64,000 bases of DNA. It comes from Verrucomicrobiota bacterium (GTDB taxonomy: Bacteria; Verrucomicrobiota; Verrucomicrobiia; Limisphaerales; AAA164-E04). The notes below the pieces were generated by a model. The model was not told the origin of the DNA. It saw only the letters and a list, made by a program, of their open reading frames with translations, and did no database searches. Position numbers and translations under genes: made by a program. The stretch lies in assembly GCA_047947115.1 (NCBI GenBank), contig CP170459.1, positions 2,112,001 to 2,176,000 on the forward strand, written 5' to 3'. Shown here in pieces: positions 10,065 to 16,962 of this stretch; position 1 is the stretch's first letter; each line of letters begins with the position of its first letter.

Positions 10065-13000
10065 ATGATGCTATTTGGAAAAAAACCGGAGTGGTTTCCT
10101 GTCTGCTCAGGGGTTGCTCGACTCATTCTTTCAACATTGTTATGCGCCTTGGTGGTGTGCGTCGCCAAGGCTCAGACCGCAGCGCCGCCAGTTTCCATCG
10201 TGGATGGTTTTGCAGCCAAAGACAACAGCACCGTTTTGGATGAAGATGGGGAACTGCCCGCCTATATTATTTTACGCAACAACCGCTCTCAAACAACAGC
10301 ACCGATGGATTTGAGCGGTTATGCGTTGACCAGTGACAGCACGGGAAATGCTGTCTGGATCATTCCTCCACGCACTCTGATCGCGCCCCAGTCGGAATTG
10401 ATCGTATTTGCTTCCGGCAAGAATCGTCCATCCAGCAATCCTGAATTGAGAAATCACACCGATTTCATATTCTCCTGTGAAATTCCCTACGTTGCGCTAT
10501 TGGGCCCCAAGCGGGAGGTTGTTTCCACATTCCGTAAACTAGATCCCAATTGCAGCGGAAATGATGATGATTGCCGGGGGACGCCTCTGTTCCACGATAA
10601 AACCATCGGTCGCTACTTTGTGCCCAGTACCGACAAAATGACCGGTATCTGGATGGAACCTGACTTTGATGTCTCAAACTGGAAGCGTGGTCCACTTGGT
10701 CTGGGTTACGAAGTGCTGGAATCCAAGGGAGAACTGGACATGATCCTTTACGCGACCATGGATCGCACGGATCTGGATTTGGTGGCGAACATCGTCAAGG
10801 ATGTCAGCGGGTCGCCCGTCGTGCATGATGGCCTGGCATCACAAAAAATCGCCATGACAACCGGGCAGATTCAACAAGGGATCAACATGGCGCAAGGTCA
10901 GGCCATTCGTTTTCGTCACCATGACGAACTGGATCCCGTAACCAGCGATTTCACAGTGTCCATCTGGTGTCGCACTTTAGGGCAGGGAGATGAAGTGATC
11001 ATTGCCAAAGGTGGATTGAACAACGAAACCACGGGTTGGGCGATTTTCAATCGTAAGGATGCCACCATCGTGCGATTGAACTATGGAAAGGCGGGCATCG
11101 TGGATTTGACGCTGCCACGACTGGAGGTGGAGCGTTGGACACATCTTGCGTTTGTTATTGATCGGACTCAGAAAGCAGCTTTCGCGTACGTCAATGGAGT
11201 CGTGGCCGCGAATGCCGGTATACCGGCTGATGCCTTGCTCGCGCCTCGAACGGATATGTGGATTGGGGCACGTCCCGACGGGAATCCTCTTTTCACCGGC
11301 ACGGTTGATGAAACCGTCATTTGGCGGCGTGCACTTTCCAAGGGAGAGATTCGCACGGTCGCCGCACTGGGAGCGAGTGGAAAACGACTGGATACGGCCG
11401 TTTCGACTGGCACGCCGATTTATGTGGATCTCATTTCAACTGATGTGGAAACGGATATGTATGGAAAGGGTTCCAGTTTGTATGTGCGCATTCCGTTTTT
11501 GGTGAACGACCCGAACCTTGTGAGTGGATTGAACCTTTCCATGCATTACGATGATGGTTTTGTCTGCTATCTGAACGGCGTGGAAGTAGCCCGGAAAAAC
11601 GCCCCGTCCACTACCTTCCCAGGGTACGATGCCACGGCTTCGAGCGATCGAGCGGATACGTTGGCTTTGACGGCGGAATCGATCAATCTGGCCAATGCCA
11701 TCCGTTATCTGATTCCCGGGGAAAACCTCTTGGCGATTCATGGGTTGAATGTTTCGAAGGATGCGGGTCGTTTTGTGATCAAGCCACAACTTTGCCTGGA
11801 AGAAAGCGAACCTCAAGATTGCGAGAAGACCACCAACGGGCGTGACTTCTGGTTGACCTTTCCCGGCAACGCTCCTGAAGACACAGGCAATCCGCTTCAG
11901 ATCAGTTTGTGTGTGGCAGGCCTTGCGGGAACCACCGGACGTGTTGACGTCCCGGGTCTCGGTTTTTCGAAGAATTTTACGATACCGGCAAACGGTCCCA
12001 CACCTGCCACGGGTAGCCTGATGTTGCCTTTGCCCCGGGAGGTTTCTCTGGAGGTCTCAGGAAAAATTGAATCCAAGGGAGTGAGGGTGCGTGCACAGTC
12101 GGATGTGAGTGTTTACGGCACGACACGTATCGATTATTCCACCGATTCCTTCCTTGGTTTGCCGGTCGATTGCCTTGGTAGAAATTATGTGACCATGGGC
12201 TATAAAAATGTATGGGAAGATATTCCTGTGCTGAACGGATCGCAGATTGGTCTGGTGGCGCCCTACAACGGGACCAAGGTGCTGATTGATGTCGGGACAA
12301 GCGCTTCCGGCGGCGTTCCGGTCGAGGTGACATTGAATGAAGGGGAGACGTACCTGTTGCGCGATACCGGCAACAGTCCGGCTGACTTGAGTGGTTCCCG
12401 CATTTTATCCAATTTACCGGTCGGTGTGTTTGCTGGTCATCGTTGTGCGAATATCAATGGCAAGGATTTGTTCTTCTGCGATACGGTGCTTGAGCAACTG
12501 CTGCCCATCTCCGGTTGGGGAACACGTTACTGGAATGCCCCGCTCAGTACCCGCAACCATCTGCTTGGCGATGGCAAGGGTGACACGCTTCGAGTGACTG
12601 CTTCCGAAGATAACACGGCGGTGACCATCACCGATGATCAGGGAGCGAATGTTTTGGTCCTGAACGCCAATCAGATCCATGAACAATCGGTCATTGGACC
12701 CAGCTATGTTATCTCCGAGAAACCTGTTTTGACGGCGGTTTATGCGAATAGTTCCGATTTTGATCTCGTAACCGATTCAGATCCGTTCATGGTGATGTTG
12801 CAGCCTGAAATTCATTGGCTGGATCGCTACATTATTTGCACACCTCCCTCCAGTGATTTTGAACAGAGCTACGTCAATATCATTGCGCGGAATATCACAG
12901 AAGCATCCACCATTCGGCTTAACGGCGCCCCAATCGCGGGATTTCTGCCTCTTGGCGCCAGTGGCTATTTTTATGCGCAGGTCGATTTGGATCCGGCTTT

Positions 13001-14876
13001 GTTGCGGCATACGATTACATCGACCCGTGCCGTATTTGGGGTGACGGTTTACGGCTTCAGTGAGTATGATTCCTACGGCTATCCCGGGGGAATGCGCTTT
13101 GACTCCGCCGGAGCCCCTTTTGTTGTATGCCCTCCTGACGTCACTATCCCGGCAGGTGAGAATTGCGAGGGAGTCATTCCTGATTTGAGTGAATTCATTC
13201 AGGTTGTGGATCCATGTGATGAAGGAGGCGATCGGCCGGTTCCCGGCGATGATTGCTTCGAATTTGAAGATCTTAAACTCCAAACCCTCATCCGTGATGG
13301 CGACACATTGACGATCATCAGTGCATCGGGGAATCAAACCGCCAATGTAACGGCATCGGCTGCGGGATTTGCCGCTGTGGCTGCCGTGGTCAATGGGGGA
13401 CAAGCCGGACATACGGGGAATGAGGTGCGCTTTGCCAACATCAATTTGACCTTCGTTTCTTCGGCTCTCACCTCAGGGTTTTCACTTTCATTCGGCGAAT
13501 ATGGTGGGTCCGTGAACCTGGGGGTGAACAATGATCTTCAGACCGCCGCCAATATGGAGGATTTCAATGGCAAGACGATTGGGGGAGCACAGGTTGCTGT
13601 AACAGGTGCGACGGGCGGACAGGGGACGGGGACGCTGACTGTCACTGGAACCATCCGCAGTTTTACCATCGGTGGCCAGGAGTTTTTTATTGATCATATC
13701 TGCCCTGGAGGCGGAGGGACGGTTGAAGTGCCGGATTGTTATGAGTTCGAAGATCAGGATGCCAAACTGGTTCTACGTGTGGGAGACACAACACCCGCAA
13801 CCAGTAGCACAGGAAACTCGGTCACCGTTTTGGGCGCTCCTTTCACATGGTCCAATGGACAGGTGACTCAGGAGGGATCTGCCGCCATTCGAACCAATGG
13901 TCAAGCCGGGCACACGGGCAACGAGTTTGCCGTGAACAATATTCTGTTGAAATTCATCCCAACCGAGTCGTTTCCAAACGGTGTCTCCATACTGTTCGGC
14001 GAATACGGCGGCAATGTGAACCTGGAGGTTAACGGCGAATTGGCCAATGTCAGCAATTTCAGTGAACTGAGCGGCACCTCTCTGGGCGGGGCGCACATTC
14101 TCGTTACCGGTGGGACGGGTCAGGGATTGGGTGAATTGCACATCATTGGCGAGTTGAAGGAATTCGGGATTGGTGGTCAGGAATTGTTCATCGATCACCT
14201 TTGCCTGCTTCCAGCAAGAGCAGTGACGGTAGTGGATCGTATCACGACGAACCTTGGTTCTTTGACTCGATCCTTGGTGAAGCAGGCTGGTGTGGGGCAA
14301 AATTATATCGTCAAGCAAGATCCCCCTGCGGGTTTGATGGTCTCGGCAGGATCTTATGACGTCAGTGTGAGTGTGGTCGACCTGCAGGGAAACTCGATTG
14401 GAACATGCGTGACCCAAGTCAAGATTGTTGACGATTCGCCCGTCAAAATCGTCTGTCCTCCCAATATAACGGTCAACTGCCAACGTCCTGAAGGAGCATT
14501 GGTTTTTTGGGAGGGCCCAGTTGCCTACACCGAGCGATGCCAAATGCCCGTGGAGGTGAGGTGCAACTATGAACCCGGTGAATTGTTTCCGTTGGGTAAT
14601 ACCACCGTCACCTGCGTGGCCAAGAGTCCGTCCGGTGAAGTGGCTACATGTTCGTTTTTGGTGACGGTTGTCTGTGAAGATGTCGTCGTGCCAGATAATC
14701 CCACCGTCTCGATCAATCTTTCAGATGGGACCGGCATTACACTGGATTGGCCGGCAGGAGGCTATTTGGAAGCCGCCGACAGTCCGCTGGGCCCTTGGGA
14801 AATCGTCCCCGAAGCCAGGCCTCCATTCAACATCAGTACCACTCGGAAGCAGGCATTTTATCGGATTCGTTATTAG
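10065..14876 (+). CDS. Large secreted multidomain protein: lamin-tail-like domain, LamG/ConA-like domain, IgGFc-binding domain, two tandem ~150-aa repeats, HYR domains, Verrucomicrobia-type C-terminal motif
   Basis: Signal peptide ending AKA|Q; LTD-like DLSGYALT...LIVFASGKNR; LamG WTHLAFVID...FTGTVDETVIWRRALS; IgGFc-binding GRDFWLTF...EQLLPISGWG...SYGYPGG; HYR FPLGNTTVTCVA...CSFLVTV; C-terminus GPWEIV...QAFYRIRY. Confidence 0.85.
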   Translation: MMLFGKKPEWFPVCSGVARLILSTLLCALVVCVAKAQTAAPPVSIVDGFAAKDNSTVLDEDGELPAYIILRNNRSQTTAPMDLSGYALTSDSTGNAVWIIPPRTLIAPQSELIVFASGKNRPSSNPELRNHTDFIFSCEIPYVALLGPKREVVSTFRKLDPNCSGNDDDCRGTPLFHDKTIGRYFVPSTDKMTGIWMEPDFDVSNWKRGPLGLGYEVLESKGELDMILYATMDRTDLDLVANIVKDVSGSPVVHDGLASQKIAMTTGQIQQGINMAQGQAIRFRHHDELDPVTSDFTVSIWCRTLGQGDEVIIAKGGLNNETTGWAIFNRKDATIVRLNYGKAGIVDLTLPRLEVERWTHLAFVIDRTQKAAFAYVNGVVAANAGIPADALLAPRTDMWIGARPDGNPLFTGTVDETVIWRRALSKGEIRTVAALGASGKRLDTAVSTGTPIYVDLISTDVETDMYGKGSSLYVRIPFLVNDPNLVSGLNLSMHYDDGFVCYLNGVEVARKNAPSTTFPGYDATASSDRADTLALTAESINLANAIRYLIPGENLLAIHGLNVSKDAGRFVIKPQLCLEESEPQDCEKTTNGRDFWLTFPGNAPEDTGNPLQISLCVAGLAGTTGRVDVPGLGFSKNFTIPANGPTPATGSLMLPLPREVSLEVSGKIESKGVRVRAQSDVSVYGTTRIDYSTDSFLGLPVDCLGRNYVTMGYKNVWEDIPVLNGSQIGLVAPYNGTKVLIDVGTSASGGVPVEVTLNEGETYLLRDTGNSPADLSGSRILSNLPVGVFAGHRCANINGKDLFFCDTVLEQLLPISGWGTRYWNAPLSTRNHLLGDGKGDTLRVTASEDNTAVTITDDQGANVLVLNANQIHEQSVIGPSYVISEKPVLTAVYANSSDFDLVTDSDPFMVMLQPEIHWLDRYIICTPPSSDFEQSYVNIIARNITEASTIRLNGAPIAGFLPLGASGYFYAQVDLDPALLRHTITSTRAVFGVTVYGFSEYDSYGYPGGMRFDSAGAPFVVCPPDVTIPAGENCEGVIPDLSEFIQVVDPCDEGGDRPVPGDDCFEFEDLKLQTLIRDGDTLTIISASGNQTANVTASAAGFAAVAAVVNGGQAGHTGNEVRFANINLTFVSSALTSGFSLSFGEYGGSVNLGVNNDLQTAANMEDFNGKTIGGAQVAVTGATGGQGTGTLTVTGTIRSFTIGGQEFFIDHICPGGGGTVEVPDCYEFEDQDAKLVLRVGDTTPATSSTGNSVTVLGAPFTWSNGQVTQEGSAAIRTNGQAGHTGNEFAVNNILLKFIPTESFPNGVSILFGEYGGNVNLEVNGELANVSNFSELSGTSLGGAHILVTGGTGQGLGELHIIGELKEFGIGGQELFIDHLCLLPARAVTVVDRITTNLGSLTRSLVKQAGVGQNYIVKQDPPAGLMVSAGSYDVSVSVVDLQGNSIGTCVTQVKIVDDSPVKIVCPPNITVNCQRPEGALVFWEGPVAYTERCQMPVEVRCNYEPGELFPLGNTTVTCVAKSPSGEVATCSFLVTVVCEDVVVPDNPTVSINLSDGTGITLDWPAGGYLEAADSPLGPWEIVPEARPPFNISTTRKQAFYRIRY

Positions 14877-15095
14877 ATCATTTGCAGTATGCGATGACGG
14901 AAATGGATTCGTTCACCTTATCATAAATCACGCCCTCTGTGCTCCAGGCACAGGGATGCAGAGGCTTTTCTGAAAAATATTAGGGCCAATCTGTAAGTTC
15001 GGGCAATCATATCCTTTCTGTTCATTTTTTACATTTCGGTGTAACCACTTCCATGGACATGGCGTTGAATGGTTGAGTGCAGCCTGCGTTGAATC

Positions 15096-15935
15096 ATGGA
15101 GATGAAGCAACCCGATCTCGCTTCCCTGGTGGAGCGTGTCAGAGAGGGAGAGGAAGATGCCTTTCGTATCTTCATGGAAGTCCTGTACCCAACCGTGATC
15201 CGGATCGTCCGCTCTCATTTGCCGGTAAGACAGTTGGAAGAGGATCTGGCGCAGGAGGTTTTCGTTCGGGTGTTCAAGCGCATCGATCAGTATCAGGCCC
15301 GTCCAGGCATACCGGTGACGCACTGGGTGTGCCGGGTGGCAACCACCACATGCCTGGATGCATTGCGCGCCGAACGCAGGCGTCCTGAGTTGCGTTGGGC
15401 AGATCTCAGCGAGGATCAGGCGGAGTGGCTGCAATACATGGTGGCAGACGATCAGGAGGAGGCGCCTCATTCGGATTGCGATACCGGCGAGTTTTTGGAG
15501 AAAATGTTGGCTCAACTATCTGTGGATGATTTGGGTGGTTTGCTGATTCCCCGTATCGATTTGTCGGAAGGTTCCGAATCAGATGTAGGAACGGAACCGA
15601 TCGCCATCGGCGAACTTTGGTTGCGCAACTTGACTCTGGAGAAAAATGGTTGGGGTATCTCATCAAGTCAGTTGAACGTTGTCATTGTCAACACGGAGGA
15701 AGGACGCGTTCGGGCGCCACGCTGTATCCTTGCGGTCAGTAAAACCGATGACAACAAACCCGTGCTGATGATCTATGGCAAAAACGAGCAGCCCCTGCTG
15801 ACATTGCCTTTATCCAAAGTGCAAAAGCATCAAACCAGGCCTCTGGATATGGTCACGTTCGATGACGGCAAGGTCGACCTTTGCATCAACGGTCAATATC
15901 AGGCCAGTTTCTCCGTGGCCGAATTATATTTGTAG
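15096..15935 (+). CDS. ECF sigma-70 factor N-terminal half (region 2) fused to an unrelated C-terminal domain; region 4 HTH absent
   Basis: EDLAQEVFVRVF...WVCRVATTTCLDALR is sigma region 2. Similarity ends at LEKMLAQLSVDD (~nt 15530), with no EIA...VKxR HTH afterwards. Confidence 0.75.
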   Translation: MEMKQPDLASLVERVREGEEDAFRIFMEVLYPTVIRIVRSHLPVRQLEEDLAQEVFVRVFKRIDQYQARPGIPVTHWVCRVATTTCLDALRAERRRPELRWADLSEDQAEWLQYMVADDQEEAPHSDCDTGEFLEKMLAQLSVDDLGGLLIPRIDLSEGSESDVGTEPIAIGELWLRNLTLEKNGWGISSSQLNVVIVNTEEGRVRAPRCILAVSKTDDNKPVLMIYGKNEQPLLTLPLSKVQKHQTRPLDMVTFDDGKVDLCINGQYQASFSVAELYL

Positions 15936-15948
15936 CATTTTTTATTCG

Positions 15949-15990
15949 AAAACCACCCTGTTCGATTTGAAATCGTGCAGGGTGGTTTTT
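15949..15990 (+). terminator. Rho-independent terminator after the sigma-like gene
   Basis: AAAACCACCCTG...CAGGGTGGTTTT inverted repeat followed by a T-rich tract. Confidence 0.75.
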
Positions 15991-16022
15991 ATTTCTTTGG
16001 TTGCGTCACGTGGGATTGGGTT

Positions 16023-16103
16023 GCCCCTACAGGGCTCGTTATGTGGGGTGTGCGGGGTTCCCAGGGCGATGCCGTGGGCTGACATGGTTTGGACCTTTGG
16101 GCG
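16023..16103 (+). repeat. REP-like 81-nt tripartite palindromic unit, copy 1
   Basis: GCCCCTACAGGGC-N24-CCCAGGGCGATGCCGTGGG-N12-GGACCTTTGGGCG. Confidence 0.8.
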
Positions 16104-16230
16104 TATGGCGATCGGTTCCGTCGATTGATGTGCTTTGCCCTTTTAGGGTGCGCCTTTGGAGCTGTTTTTGTGATTAGACATTTTTTGGTCTTTTCAGGTT
16201 TGCCTGCAAACCGTAGTTCCCAATTGTTAC

Positions 16231-16311
16231 GCCCCAACGGGGCAAGCTACAACAACCCAGAGCACCGCTCTGGGGCTGCAACAGATATTCATTTCTAAGC
16301 CCTGTAGGGGC
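16231..16311 (-). repeat. REP-like 81-nt tripartite palindromic unit, copy 2 (inverted), ending 10 nt before the tnpA ATG
   Basis: Minus strand reads GCCCCTACAGGGC-N24-CCCAGAGCGGTGCTCTGGG-N12-GCCCCGTTGGGGC. Confidence 0.85.
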
Positions 16312-16321
16312 GCCCCAAGAA

Positions 16322-16747
16322 ATGCCTCAATCACTCGCAAAAAATTGGATGCATTTGGTTTTTTCCACCAAACACCGAGAACGTCTCATTTCGGAGACTA
16401 TTCGACCTTCTCTTCATGCCTATATGGCTACGGTATTCAAAAACCTTCAATGCCCGGTATTGGCAATCAATTCGGTGGAGGATCATGTTCATATCCTGTT
16501 TTCACTTCATCGAACGGTGGCCCTTTCGAAAGTAGTGGAGGATGTGAAGAAATCTTCATCCAAATGGATAAAGAGTCAATCGAATGATTTCAGCAGATTT
16601 CAATGGCAGGCCGGGTATGGCGCTTTTTCGCTGAGTGAATCAAATGTCCCTGCGGTTCAACAATACATTACCAATCAGGCAGAGCACCACCGGAAGGTAT
16701 CTTTTCAGCATGAAATCCGAATATTTATGCGCAAAACATCACATTGA
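16322..16747 (+). CDS. tnpA: IS200/IS605-family Y1 (HUH) transposase TnpA, RAYT-like; +1 frameshift near the C-terminus (family-type end at 16775)
   Basis: HLVFSTKHR, HUH motif DHVHIL, WQAGYGAFS and catalytic Tyr in QYITNQ. Deleting one A of the A4 run at 16733-16736 gives the family-typical end ...RKHHIDFDERFVWD* (TAG 16773-16775). Confidence 0.9.
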   Translation: MPQSLAKNWMHLVFSTKHRERLISETIRPSLHAYMATVFKNLQCPVLAINSVEDHVHILFSLHRTVALSKVVEDVKKSSSKWIKSQSNDFSRFQWQAGYGAFSLSESNVPAVQQYITNQAEHHRKVSFQHEIRIFMRKTSH

Positions 16748-16778
16748 TTTTGATGAACGGTTTGTGTGGGATTAGGCT

Positions 16779-16859
16779 GCCCCTACAGGGCTCGTGGTCA
16801 CCAACGATTCGAAAAACCAGGGCGGTGCCTTGGGCTGATTTATTATGCCCCTTTGGGGT
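16779..16859 (+). repeat. REP-like 81-nt tripartite palindromic unit, copy 3, directly after tnpA
   Basis: GCCCCTACAGGGC-N24-ACCAGGGCGGTGCCTTGGG-N12-GCCCCTTTGGGGT; shares TGCCCCTACAGGGCTCGT with copy 1. Confidence 0.85.
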
Positions 16860-16962
16860 GTGGGATGTACGTGCTAACTGATTGGTAGACGGATTCACCA
16901 TGATCCTGAGTTTATAAAAAACGCTGTCGTCTCGGGTGTTTTTTGGGCATAATCCCGCCATC

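Larger units (their letters stand above)
16023..16859. mobile_element. TnpA(Y1)/REP module (RAYT-REP-like locus)
   Basis: HUH transposase flanked by three related palindromic units; no tnpB. Confidence 0.75.

Noticed and set aside
16137..16149. Lone GCCCTTTTAGGGT hairpin between repeat copies 1 and 2
   Set aside because: May be a decayed unit, but partner hairpins are not recognisable; not counted.
16023..16859. Repeats with variable spacers considered as a CRISPR array
   Set aside because: Mixed orientations, three different palindromes per unit, an intervening gene and no cas genes.
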